Assembly (NCBI GenBank): GCA_964516245.1
Contig: CAZEZQ010000002.1
Location: 1,678 to 26,462 of the forward strand
Reading direction: 5' to 3'
DNA from: an uncultured bacterium
Lineage (GTDB): Bacteria; Hinthialibacterota; Hinthialibacteria; Hinthialibacterales; Hinthialibacteraceae
DNA length: 24,785 bases
Below are positions 5,407-14,345 of the stretch, piece by piece. The notes under the pieces were generated by a model, which saw only the letters and a program-made list of their open reading frames with translations, was not told the origin of the DNA and searched no databases. Positions within the stretch are counted from its first letter, which is position 1, and every line of letters starts with the position of its first letter. A program made the translations under genes and the position numbers.

Positions 5407-8400
5407 ATGATGAAAACAATACGCCAAATCTTTAAGATCTATGAGGATGAAGGCTATAAAGTTGCCTTGTTCTCAATTACTGGAACCCTGTTGTTTGCCG
5501 GCGTAGCAATTGGAAATGTTGCTGCCGATTCTCTTTTTATTGCTCGAGTTGGTGCTTCCCACTACCCCACCATCTATATGATTCTGCCCTTTGTCATGTT
5601 GGCGGTGACTCCGTTGATTGCTTTTATAACAAAAAAATTTGGTGTATACCGCCTTCAATTGATTATGCTTGCTTCCTTGATTGTCTTCGGACTCTTGATC
5701 CGGGGGATTTTGGTTTTGCCTTTTGGAAACGAATATAACCTGCTGTATTTGTACTATGCGATCAAACTGTATGCCAACGTCTGGTTTATTGTTTCGTTTA
5801 CAGCTTTTTGGAATTTTGCGGATGCGTATTTCGATATAATTAGTGCAAAACGGCTGTTTGCTGTATTGAGCGGCGCCAGTTCACTGGGCACGATGTTGGG
5901 GAGTTCTTTGGTGTTACTAGCCACTCAGATGAATATAAATTCCAGTGAACTGTTTTCCATTTGGTCATTTCTGGCGGTTCTCAATATCATTCCTGTTGTG
6001 AAAATTCGATATCATTTTCGCCAAACCGAAGAAGAGATCGATCAAACTCTGACACCCATAAAACAATGGCGTGAATTTTTTAACACCCAATTGGGATCAA
6101 ATTATGTCCGGTTGTTGATGTTGATCGCATTTTTTATTATGTTTATCTCACATTTTTGTGAATTTCAATATATGGTCATATTTGACGATTGGAGTGATGA
6201 TGTCTCTTCACTAGCTGGATTGTTTGGAAATCTATATTTTTCGGTCAGCATATTTAACGCCTTGGTTACTTTTTTTGTTTACAATCGGCTGGTGATCTGG
6301 CTTGGTGTGCGTAATGTTGCCCTGGTTCAGCCTTCCGTGTATCTGTTGACTTTTTTGTTTTTTGTAATTTTCATCGATTCTACTTATTATTTATTTGGAG
6401 TTGCTGTTTTCGCCTTTTTTACCTATCAAGGGGTGCAAGCAGCGGTTGAATACAACAACTGGAATTTGGTTTTGAACGCATTGCCGCAAAATCAAAAATA
6501 TTCCATCCGTACATTTATTGAAGGAATGATCGATCCACTTGGAGGCGCTTTGGCAGGAGGAACTCTGCTCATTTTAGACCGGCATTTTGAATTCCCTTCG
6601 ATTCATGTAGCATTGATCAGTCTTGGTTTGGCTGCAATCTATTTAATTCTTATTTTGTTTCTTCGTCCTTTGTATTTGAAATCAATGATCCACAACTTGC
6701 GGATGGAGTGGTTAGACTTCTTTCAATCGGATCAAAATGTTTTGGGGAAACTTTCCCCACAGGTGTTACACAATCTTACACGCGCTCCTCTCACGAAAGA
6801 TACAGTCAAAACTGTTTGTTCGATTCTATGGTTGAACAACCGCCGTTTGTCAGTCGATACAATGTTTCAATATTTGGAACATAAGCCGCCTTCTGAATGG
6901 CAGCCGGTTCGGGAATTTGTTGAAAAACGAAATTTGATGCAAGATGAAGACGTATCATTTTCTATAAAAAATAAAGTGTTGGGGTATTCCAAACAGTTTC
7001 GAAATACGATCCTCAATCAGTTGCATTGGCATCAAATATTCCCCCTGTTTGATCGTGCTTCAGACGATACGTTTTTCGCCCACACAACTCATTTGTGGAA
7101 ACAAGGGGATCTGAGAGATATAAAAAAAATAGTGAGCAACTCTTTAGAAAAACTTGAGGGGACTGATGAAGACAAACAGTGGGCCCTTTCTGTGATTCAA
7201 CAAACGAACCATCAACCGTTTTGCAAAACGGTTGTTCGTTATTTGAATGATCCCAATTCTCAAGTGCGGCAAGCCGCTCTAAATTGTTTGTGTCAATTAA
7301 CCGGACCCGGCGCCTCTGCATTGATTCCTTACTTAATAGAAAATTTACACCAAGGTTCAAGCGAACAAAATGTTCAAATCCTTATTGCTCTTAGAAAGAT
7401 AGGGGATTCAAATTGCCTTGCTCCATTGCTGCAAAAAGCAGAATCTTTTTCACCAAATGAATTGCGACAGATTTCTCAATTGCTCATTGAGATTGGAACT
7501 CGAAGCCTCCCTACCTGTGTAGAAGTGGTTCAAAATCCTGAATATCCTTATGCAGGCCGTTCATTGGCGGCGAGAACCATCTCAAAGATCGCGCTGCCCC
7601 AATTGCAATCCATGTGCAAAGAATTGCTTTATCGTGAAATTGAAGCGGGCTACAAGAGTCTTTATTTTCAACATCAAATCCAATACCATGCGCATCACTC
7701 TTCCGGCTTACGTGTGCTGGCAAAATATTATAAAGACCGATATAACAGTTCTTTCGAATTTATTATTAATGTGTTAGCTCTCGCCGGCCAGTTGCCAAAT
7801 TATGAATCTCTTATCGCGGCTCTGCGTTCCAATAGCCCCAAGATGAAAGGCAATGCGATTGAAACTTTGGAACAGGCAGTGAGTCAGTCGATATTCAAAA
7901 AAATTCTGCCGGTGTTTGATGGACGGTCTGGAAGCCAGCAGATCGAATTTTTTCAAAAGCATTTTTCTGCAGAAGTGTGGTCGATTCCTCAAATTGTCGA
8001 ACGGGCACAGAATAGCCGAATCGATTTAGAACGGGCGGCTGCCATTCAAGCCTATTGGGATATGAATCAAAAAATTTCCATAAATCAACTTCAAAGGGGG
8101 GTCAACAAAGTTCAAGAAGGGAATTCTCATGAGAAAAGATATCTTCAAACAAATCACTGGATATCGAAAAAAACTATATTGACTCTGATGGAACAAAACA
8201 ATTCAGGAATAAGCCAAGACTCTCCTATCGAAATTATCGATGTGTGTATACGTTCGATAGTATTTTCCCACTTGGCTATTAACGATCTCATTCTACTGCT
8301 GCATCATGTTTCTACAATTGAATTGAATGAAGGTGAGAAATTATCAGGGTTTGATCCCCAAAATCCTTGTGTTCATGTAGTCAAAAGAGGACTTATGTAT

Positions 8401-8628
8401 TCTCTAGATAATGAAGAGGATCAACGTCACGAAGGCGAGTCGATTGGGGAATCTTGTTTGGTGGATACTCATCCGATGGTTTCAGACTTTGTTGCAAAAA
8501 CACCGGCACGGCTCTATAAATTTCAAAAAGCGGACATACTTCAGCAGGCGAATCGGAATTCCCATCTTGCACGTATGCTGCTTGAAGCAAAAATCGCAGG
8601 AATTTTCTCTAATGGAAAAACAACATAA
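5407..8628 (+). CDS. Large multidomain membrane protein: N-terminal TLC/NTT-family (ATP:ADP antiporter-like, MFS-clan) transporter domain, then HEAT (PBS-lyase-type) repeats and a C-terminal cyclic-nucleotide-binding (CAP-effector) domain
   Basis: 1073 aa. The N-terminal ~440 aa are polytopic and similar to TLC-family motifs (DSLFIARVGASHYPTIYMILP...; FWNFADAYFDIISAKRLFAVLSGASSLG vs the Rickettsia Tlc '[28 protein letters not shown]'). The middle has HEAT-like repeats (LNDPNSQVRQAALNCLCQL..., NSPKMKGNAIETLEQ). The C-terminus 'LNEGEKLSGFDPQNPCVHVVKRGLMY...EGESIGESCL...ARLYKF' resembles a cNMP-binding beta-roll. Confidence 0.8.
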   Translation: MMKTIRQIFKIYEDEGYKVALFSITGTLLFAGVAIGNVAADSLFIARVGASHYPTIYMILPFVMLAVTPLIAFITKKFGVYRLQLIMLASLIVFGLLIRGILVLPFGNEYNLLYLYYAIKLYANVWFIVSFTAFWNFADAYFDIISAKRLFAVLSGASSLGTMLGSSLVLLATQMNINSSELFSIWSFLAVLNIIPVVKIRYHFRQTEEEIDQTLTPIKQWREFFNTQLGSNYVRLLMLIAFFIMFISHFCEFQYMVIFDDWSDDVSSLAGLFGNLYFSVSIFNALVTFFVYNRLVIWLGVRNVALVQPSVYLLTFLFFVIFIDSTYYLFGVAVFAFFTYQGVQAAVEYNNWNLVLNALPQNQKYSIRTFIEGMIDPLGGALAGGTLLILDRHFEFPSIHVALISLGLAAIYLILILFLRPLYLKSMIHNLRMEWLDFFQSDQNVLGKLSPQVLHNLTRAPLTKDTVKTVCSILWLNNRRLSVDTMFQYLEHKPPSEWQPVREFVEKRNLMQDEDVSFSIKNKVLGYSKQFRNTILNQLHWHQIFPLFDRASDDTFFAHTTHLWKQGDLRDIKKIVSNSLEKLEGTDEDKQWALSVIQQTNHQPFCKTVVRYLNDPNSQVRQAALNCLCQLTGPGASALIPYLIENLHQGSSEQNVQILIALRKIGDSNCLAPLLQKAESFSPNELRQISQLLIEIGTRSLPTCVEVVQNPEYPYAGRSLAARTISKIALPQLQSMCKELLYREIEAGYKSLYFQHQIQYHAHHSSGLRVLAKYYKDRYNSSFEFIINVLALAGQLPNYESLIAALRSNSPKMKGNAIETLEQAVSQSIFKKILPVFDGRSGSQQIEFFQKHFSAEVWSIPQIVERAQNSRIDLERAAAIQAYWDMNQKISINQLQRGVNKVQEGNSHEKRYLQTNHWISKKTILTLMEQNNSGISQDSPIEIIDVCIRSIVFSHLAINDLILLLHHVSTIELNEGEKLSGFDPQNPCVHVVKRGLMYSLDNEEDQRHEGESIGESCLVDTHPMVSDFVAKTPARLYKFQKADILQQANRNSHLARMLLEAKIAGIFSNGKTT

Positions 8629-10894
8629 AAGAAGCCTATCATTGCTTTCACTTTCTATGCTTTTTTTACTTCCCATTTTTTTTGTTGGGGTTTTCATCTT
8701 AAGTCTGCAAACCGGCCAGCGTATTTATCGGATGATTGAGAAAGGATTTGACCGGAAATTAAACGCGATTAGCACATCCGTCAGCCATTTTATTGATGGA
8801 CACGTAATGGTAAATGATATTTTCACTTCATACAACATCACTGGACTCACATTCGATACCCACCGAAAGCATTTTTGGGGGATTGACCAAAAATCGGACC
8901 GTCTTTGCATGATTCATCCAGAGCATGGTGGGGTGGAGCATGTTATTCCCGGTCAACATGGGCTGATTGACTTGGATTATCATTCTCCATCCAAAACTCT
9001 GTTTGGAGTAAAAGCATCCGGTGAAATTTGGGCTGCCAGTTCTTCTAATTTTAAGAAGATGACCTATATCGCTTCCACTGATCTTGAATGCCGGGGCATT
9101 GCCGTTGATCCAAATCAAGAGCGGATGTATCTCATTGGTGAAAAATTGGCAGCTTACAATTTTTCTCAAGAAAAGTTGTATATTATAGACGCCCGCTCAT
9201 TTTCTCACTGCACCGGCTTGGCATACAATTCAACAGAAAATTTTCTGTATACATTTGATAACAAGAATAAACGTTTGTTGAAACTTGACCCTTGCCAAGG
9301 GACCATTCAAACCGAAACAGAGATTGCCTACATTAAAAAAACTTCTCTGGATTTGGAATTCAACAAATCTTTGGATGAGCGACAATTTAAAGAAGCCTTG
9401 TATTATGACCGTATTCGCAAGACTGGAGATGCAGAATTACGCGATCGTAGTTGGAAGTATTTAAACATCCTTACGAAACAGATATATCATCAAATTCAAA
9501 ATCGGGAAACTCAAATAACGCAATTGAATGGGATTGCCTGCAATGGCTTGGCATTCGGACCTGATTCTCAAACATTGTATAGCGCTGCCAATCAGTTAAT
9601 TCAAATTGATCCCGAAGATAGAGCAATCTCACCTGTTGGGTGGGCACCGAACTTTCGCAGCCATACGAGCAGTTCTTATTTGAGCTACGTACTGCCCATG
9701 AGACGAATTAAACAGAAATTGGATATCACTTATCTTTATACATTTATCCGGCCAGAGAATGAATCGATTGACTCAATCGCTTATGTGTTGGATGCGAATG
9801 TAGATGACAACCATTCTATGATTGGCGATCGAGATTCATTTCCCTCCGGCGCGGGACAGGACATCTATGGAACTGTCCAAGTTGGGGGGCTAAAACAAAC
9901 CCAACCCATTTATTGGGAACAGTGGGGATGGATCAAAACCGCGTATGCCCCCATTTACGATTCATCCAACGAAGTACGCGGAGTTATGGGAACGGATATC
10001 AACGTGTCTGTCATTAATTCAAAAACAAGAAACGCCACGATACGAACCGTTGTTATTGGTTTTACAGCTTTTGTCTTATCGTGCTTTTTGGTGTACATCG
10101 TGTGTTTGGCTATAATTCGTCCAATTCAACATCTTCGCGAAAAAATGTTTATTGTGGCCTCAGGTCAATATGGAGAAGAAGCCCATGTTCAAGGTTCGCG
10201 GGAACTACGGCAAATGGCGGAAGCCTTTAATCAAATGAGCCGCTCGCTACACACCTTTTTTGAAAACCAATCTCAATCCCTTCAAACATTGCAAGAGCGA
10301 ATTGCTACAATGCGCTTGCGCCATAGACTTACCCGCGCGATTGTGCATCGCGTTGAAAGTGATTGCTATTCTATTCAAATCTATCAAGATTGTACCGGCC
10401 AACAATCAAACCTATCGGGATGCATCCAGCACGAGAATCATCTCTTGCTGTGGCTTGGGAACCAAATGGATTCTCCAGAAGGGCGTGAAATGCTTAACCA
10501 TCAAATTTCGACCTTCTGCCATCATATACTATCTCTGCCAACCCTCCCTAAGGAAAGATTGGAGATATCTCTGCCTTATTGGTTTAAGTCTGGGGTCACA
10601 GCCTTTCTTTGGATAGAGAATAATAGCGGATCATTTTGGATACATACAAAGGAAACTCTTTCTTGTATCTTACTGGATAGTAAGGAAGAGTGGAACAAAT
10701 TGATTCAGTTAAACAACCGTGATTCGATTCTTTCCAGTAAGGAATGGGTGTTTGGATATGAACAAAATATGAAATGGCTATTAAACCAGCCATGGTTTCA
10801 AGTGGATTCCCATCAAAACAGTAGGCAAGTAAAAAAACAATTGGAAGAAAGACCCCCGGCGCCGCCTATTGTTTATTTGGAGAAGAAGCCATGA
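8612..10894 (+). CDS. Membrane-anchored sensor protein: N-terminal TM, extracytoplasmic NHL/YWTD-like beta-propeller region and Cache-like domain, second TM, HAMP domain, C-terminal ~230-aa domain of unrecognised type
   Basis: The ORF track starts at 8411, but that would overlap the previous gene by 217 nt. ATG 8612 (MEKQHKRSLSLLSLSMLFLLPIFFVGVFIL, a TM/signal) is in the same frame and overlaps the upstream stop by only 17 nt. Cache signature 'TAYAPIYDSSNEVRGVMGTDINVSVI'. TM 'TVVIGFTAFVLSCFLVYIVCLAII'. HAMP 'RPIQHLREKMFIVASGQYGEEAHVQGSRELRQMAEAFNQMSRSL'. No kinase, GGDEF/EAL, MCP or cyclase motifs are recognisable after HAMP. Confidence 0.7.
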   Translation: MEKQHKRSLSLLSLSMLFLLPIFFVGVFILSLQTGQRIYRMIEKGFDRKLNAISTSVSHFIDGHVMVNDIFTSYNITGLTFDTHRKHFWGIDQKSDRLCMIHPEHGGVEHVIPGQHGLIDLDYHSPSKTLFGVKASGEIWAASSSNFKKMTYIASTDLECRGIAVDPNQERMYLIGEKLAAYNFSQEKLYIIDARSFSHCTGLAYNSTENFLYTFDNKNKRLLKLDPCQGTIQTETEIAYIKKTSLDLEFNKSLDERQFKEALYYDRIRKTGDAELRDRSWKYLNILTKQIYHQIQNRETQITQLNGIACNGLAFGPDSQTLYSAANQLIQIDPEDRAISPVGWAPNFRSHTSSSYLSYVLPMRRIKQKLDITYLYTFIRPENESIDSIAYVLDANVDDNHSMIGDRDSFPSGAGQDIYGTVQVGGLKQTQPIYWEQWGWIKTAYAPIYDSSNEVRGVMGTDINVSVINSKTRNATIRTVVIGFTAFVLSCFLVYIVCLAIIRPIQHLREKMFIVASGQYGEEAHVQGSRELRQMAEAFNQMSRSLHTFFENQSQSLQTLQERIATMRLRHRLTRAIVHRVESDCYSIQIYQDCTGQQSNLSGCIQHENHLLLWLGNQMDSPEGREMLNHQISTFCHHILSLPTLPKERLEISLPYWFKSGVTAFLWIENNSGSFWIHTKETLSCILLDSKEEWNKLIQLNNRDSILSSKEWVFGYEQNMKWLLNQPWFQVDSHQNSRQVKKQLEERPPAPPIVYLEKKP

Positions 10895-11289
10895 TGGACA
10901 CGATGGATAATTTTTTTGTTTTAAAACAAATTCAGCCTTTCGACCGGCTGCACGATCTCGAATTGTATATATTGGCTTCTGCAACTGACCGAGTTGAATA
11001 TACTCCCAATTTGCTGATCGCTGCCAAAGACAATTTTTTGCACCATTTGTATGTTGTGTTGGAGGGTGAATTGATACGAAGCGACAAACATTCACTCCCA
11101 TCCATTGTTGGATTGGGATCACTCCTTTACGATTGGCCGTTGAAATATGACCTTCTTGCGTCGGCCAGTGGAGCTGTATGTCTTAAAATCGGGAAGTCTC
11201 ATTTCATTACCTTGATTTATGAATGCCCCCATTTTACGACTGCACTTTTGCAGCATGCTGGTGAAGAAACCTATTACAATCAGGAGTAG
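10891..11289 (+). CDS. Stand-alone cyclic-nucleotide-binding (CAP effector-like) domain protein
   Basis: 132 aa. The ATGA start/stop overlap with the upstream sensor gene suggests translational coupling. The sequence 'FDRLHDLELYILASATDRVEYTPNLLIAAKDNFLHHLYVVLEGEL...GLGSLLYDWPLKYDLLASASGAVCLKIGKSHFITLI' follows the cNMP-binding domain pattern (F..L....L..L...........G..I...GD....LYVVL.G.......G..ALL...R.A...A...). Confidence 0.6.
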   Translation: MMDTMDNFFVLKQIQPFDRLHDLELYILASATDRVEYTPNLLIAAKDNFLHHLYVVLEGELIRSDKHSLPSIVGLGSLLYDWPLKYDLLASASGAVCLKIGKSHFITLIYECPHFTTALLQHAGEETYYNQE

Positions 11290-11299
11290 AGCTGATTTA

Positions 11300-12685
11300 A
11301 TGCGTCTCCAAATTCAAATTATTCTCTTGTTTGTTCCTATTTTTTTGGCCATGATTGTAACAACGGGAATCAGTCAATATTACACCGAGCGTGATGAACT
11401 CCGGTGGGGAGCCAAAGAGGAAATTATGGCATTTGCGATTTCAATCGCAGAATTTGTTGATCCAGCTTTGTTCTCAGAAAATATTCACTCCTCTACTTCA
11501 TCTACCTCACTTTCGAAGTTCAAGGCTCCCCTTCAACAAATTTTTTCTCATGGTCTGATTCGACATTTAGCATTTTATCCCAAAAATTCCAACGTTTCCT
11601 GTTTTGAGCTGGGTGAAGATCCAGTTGTTCCAATTAACTCGTTTTTATCCGACTATCGTGGGAAAATTCAGCAAGATATCGATTCTAACAAACATTCCAA
11701 TCACACCATAGTAAGTGATTTTCATACAGCAAATTCACCCAATTTTCCAGATACTCTCTATGCCATAGCCCCAGTTACTGATGGAGTAGGAAATCTATTG
11801 GGCATCGTGGCACTGGAAAAAGATATTTCATATATCAGTCAAGAACTGTTTCATATTATGGAACTTATGATTGTAGATGGAATTGTATTGATATGTTTGG
11901 GAATTTTGGTATTGGTTCTTTTGTCCAATCTCATTGACCGTTCTATTCGAAGGCTTACTACAACCTTTTCTAATTCAACTCCTGAAGGTGAAATGACATA
12001 TATCGAATCAATGCCGATTCGTGAATTTCATGAATTAGGCCAAGCGTATAATATAATGTCTGATGTTTTGGAAGAGCAAAAAAAGCGCAAAACCGAAACA
12101 AACTTCATGATTTCTCCGTATTTATCTTCTGAGTATGAGTATACTAAATATTTTCAAGAATATTGGAAACCAATCCACATTACTTATCATCCTTTCAGAA
12201 TTGCAGGATGCATGATAGGTTTTCCAAAAGATCATTTTTTTACAATCATTCAAACTAAAAGCGTGTCGCGCTGTATCGCCGGCCAGCTCGACTGGCATAC
12301 CAGCGATTCCCTCAATGCCCTGATGAATACCTCCAGCCTGAATACTTTTTTACATTCTTATTTGAAAGAAAATGCAATTCCAGATGTTTATTCTTACCTA
12401 ATAGATATTACACAAGTAAAGCAATTTCAAGGTGTTGAAATAGGATATCCGATTGAAACTTCCAAAAAATATTCTATGGAACCTGATTCACCCCCCTTCT
12501 TGAAAGAATCGTTTTTGCAAATAGATTCGGAACCTTATTTTTTTCACACATTTTCAGCGGAATATACTGAAATATTTAAAATGTTTCTCCAACATGAACT
12601 TAATATGAAATCGAAATTGGAGATTTCTACTTTGTGTGATGCTTTTTCAGAGGAGATTGAAGGTTCACTTGTTATTCTGCAGTAG
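11300..12685 (+). CDS. Second membrane sensor: TM - extracytoplasmic Cache-like domain - TM - HAMP-like domain - C-terminal ~230-aa domain of unrecognised type
   Basis: The ORF track starts at 11219, inside the previous gene. ATG 11300 (MRLQIQIILLFVPIFLAMIVTTG) has an AGGAG at 11283-11287 and begins with a TM. Cache-like 'LYAIAPVTDGVGNLLGIVALEKDISYI'. Second TM 'IVDGIVLICLGILVLVLLSNLI'. HAMP-like 'DRSIRRLTTTFSNSTPEGEMTYIESMPIREFHELGQAYNIMSDVLEEQ'. The C-terminal region matches no domain I recognise and is not similar to the C-terminus of the first sensor. Confidence 0.65.
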   Translation: MRLQIQIILLFVPIFLAMIVTTGISQYYTERDELRWGAKEEIMAFAISIAEFVDPALFSENIHSSTSSTSLSKFKAPLQQIFSHGLIRHLAFYPKNSNVSCFELGEDPVVPINSFLSDYRGKIQQDIDSNKHSNHTIVSDFHTANSPNFPDTLYAIAPVTDGVGNLLGIVALEKDISYISQELFHIMELMIVDGIVLICLGILVLVLLSNLIDRSIRRLTTTFSNSTPEGEMTYIESMPIREFHELGQAYNIMSDVLEEQKKRKTETNFMISPYLSSEYEYTKYFQEYWKPIHITYHPFRIAGCMIGFPKDHFFTIIQTKSVSRCIAGQLDWHTSDSLNALMNTSSLNTFLHSYLKENAIPDVYSYLIDITQVKQFQGVEIGYPIETSKKYSMEPDSPPFLKESFLQIDSEPYFFHTFSAEYTEIFKMFLQHELNMKSKLEISTLCDAFSEEIEGSLVILQ

Positions 12686-12742
12686 TGAGTATAAAATATT
12701 TTCTTTCCCATTCCCCCCATTGAAATGGGGGAGGTTAAGAGG

Positions 12743-12898
12743 CAATGTCATTAACTTAAGAAAAACTTGGGGAGTGTCATCGGGAGGGCGAATCTCCTGA
12801 TGAGCCGGTTTCTTCCAATACTTTCGATTCACCAGCCAAGGCTCGGCGTGAGCCTCGCCCTCCCGAAACTTGCCCACACGCTTAAGTTAATGACATTG
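12743..12898. mobile_element. Second copy of the TIR-flanked ~150-bp element: 18-bp perfect terminal inverted repeats CAATGTCATTAACTTAAG (12743-12760) / CTTAAGTTAATGACATTG (12881-12898), with the conserved core in the opposite orientation to the 561-690 copy
   Basis: Seen directly. The TIR sequence is shared with the 561-690 element. Core segments are shared with the reverse complement of 590-650: 'TCTCCTGATGAGCCG', 'GGCTCGGC', 'GAGCCTCGCCCTCC'. In this copy GGGAGGGCGA (12783-12792) can also pair with TCGCCCTCCC (12855-12864). A C6/G5 palindrome lies just outside at 12714-12731. Confidence 0.5.
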
Positions 12899-12983
12899 GT
12901 TTAGGAGGAGGTCAAAATGGACTATCCCTAACCTTCATTTAACAATGAGAGACAGATTCTGAAAATTTACGCGTAAGAATCTA

Positions 12984-13012
12984 ATATTCTTTTTGACAAG
13001 ATGGCTACACTA
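12984..13012 (+). promoter_or_regulatory. Candidate sigma-70-type promoter (TTGACA - 16/17 nt - TTATAT/TATATC) upstream of the SPFH gene
   Basis: Seen directly: 'TTGACAagatggctacactatatTATATC'. Spacing and the -10 hexamer are ambiguous, and the organism's promoter consensus is unknown. Confidence 0.25.
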
Positions 13013-13235
13013 TATTATATCAGAATAAAACAATATTTTTTTAATCACTTGTCATTCATTGTAAATTCATGCAATACTTTTGAGGACAATATTACAATGT
13101 GCGGTTATTTCTATATCAAGTATTGGGCGTGTGGGTGAAAATCTTATTATGTATTTCTTGTACTCTCCAATACTGATGAGAATTATAAACGATTTGAAAT
13201 TTATACTTGATGAGAGCAGTTGAGGAAGGGATTCA

Positions 13236-14345
13236 ATGAATCAAGAGAATCACAAAGATTATTCAAACAACACATCGGAAGAATTTCACGATGCAAGTTC
13301 AGAAGGACAATCAGAGTCTAAGAATAAAAATTCAGGTAAAAAAAAGATCGGAAAACATTCTCAATCATCCTGGTGGGCCAAGACACGACTCTATCTGGAG
13401 TTATTCCTTTTCCTTATGGTTCTAATAATTATCGTGTTTTGGAATCGCATCTTCATTGTTATCCATTCGGGAGAATTGGGCGTTTTTTACAGAACGTTTT
13501 ATCAAGGAACAGTGTTGGACAAACCTCCACGAGGTGAAGGATTGAACATAATCTTTCCATGGAATCGCATATACATTTATAATATTCGTGAACAACAAGT
13601 CACGCATCTGTTTCATGTTCTTACACGGGAAGGATTGAATGTATCTATTGAAATATCAATACGTTACCACCCAAAACGTGACGGCTTTCATTTAAACTAT
13701 TTGCATAAAGAATTTGGACCTAATTACTTAGATGTCGTTATTATCCCTGAAGTCCAATCCGCATTGCGGTTCATCATCGGAAAGTATGAACCCCAGGAAC
13801 TTTATCAAGCCGATTATGGTTTGTTGGATGCAGCCCTGAGTGAATCTTTGTTACAACTCACTGAATCTTATGTGGAGCTGGTGGATTTGCTGGTGATGAA
13901 AATCGAGTTGCCGCCTTTGGTGAAGAATGCGATCGAAGAAAAGTTGATGGAAGAACACAATGCAGAAAAATATGCCTATCTATTGATACAAGCCCAACAA
14001 GAAGCGAAACGGAAAGCGATATTGGCACAAGGGATTCGAGATTTTCAAGATATTGTGGCAGAGGGAATATCAAATGAACTGCTTCGTTGGCGTGGGATTG
14101 AAGCCACCTTGGAACTTGCCCGCTCACCCAACTCCAAAATTGTCGTGATAGGAGGGGCGGATGGCCTTCCACTAATTTTGAATACCGACACTGCGAGTCT
14201 ATCGGGAAAAAACGTGATGAATGCTTCAAACATCAATAACGCGACTTCATCATATTATGGATCCGATCCCGGATTTAGTCCGGGGTCGTCGGCCTCGTTT
14301 TACGAACCAACTTCCTCAATTTTAAAGACTTCACCAACACAGTAA
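13236..14345 (+). CDS. SPFH/band-7 (prohibitin/HflC-like) family membrane protein
   Basis: 369 aa. An N-terminal low-complexity cytoplasmic tail is followed by one TM (LYLELFLFLMVLIIIVFW) and an SPFH domain (GELGVFYRTFYQGT...LTREGLNVSIEISIRYHP...VIIPEVQSALRFIIGKYEPQELYQ). There is a coiled-coil region and a Ser-rich C-terminal tail. Good RBS (GAGGAAGGGA) upstream. Confidence 0.85.
   Translation: MNQENHKDYSNNTSEEFHDASSEGQSESKNKNSGKKKIGKHSQSSWWAKTRLYLELFLFLMVLIIIVFWNRIFIVIHSGELGVFYRTFYQGTVLDKPPRGEGLNIIFPWNRIYIYNIREQQVTHLFHVLTREGLNVSIEISIRYHPKRDGFHLNYLHKEFGPNYLDVVIIPEVQSALRFIIGKYEPQELYQADYGLLDAALSESLLQLTESYVELVDLLVMKIELPPLVKNAIEEKLMEEHNAEKYAYLLIQAQQEAKRKAILAQGIRDFQDIVAEGISNELLRWRGIEATLELARSPNSKIVVIGGADGLPLILNTDTASLSGKNVMNASNINNATSSYYGSDPGFSPGSSASFYEPTSSILKTSPTQ

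Noticed and set aside
12783-12875. Hammerhead ribozyme around the CUGAUGAG box at 12797-12804 (and its reverse complement at 634-641)
   Set aside because: A hammerhead needs helix II immediately after CUGAUGA, closed by a C directly preceding GAAA. In copy 2 the only GAAA (12865-12868) is preceded by CCCTCCC, which cannot pair with the GCCGG that follows CUGAUGA. Copy 1 has no GAAA at all in the corresponding position. The CUGAUGAG match is best explained as part of a conserved stem arm, not a ribozyme core. A covariance-model search would settle it.
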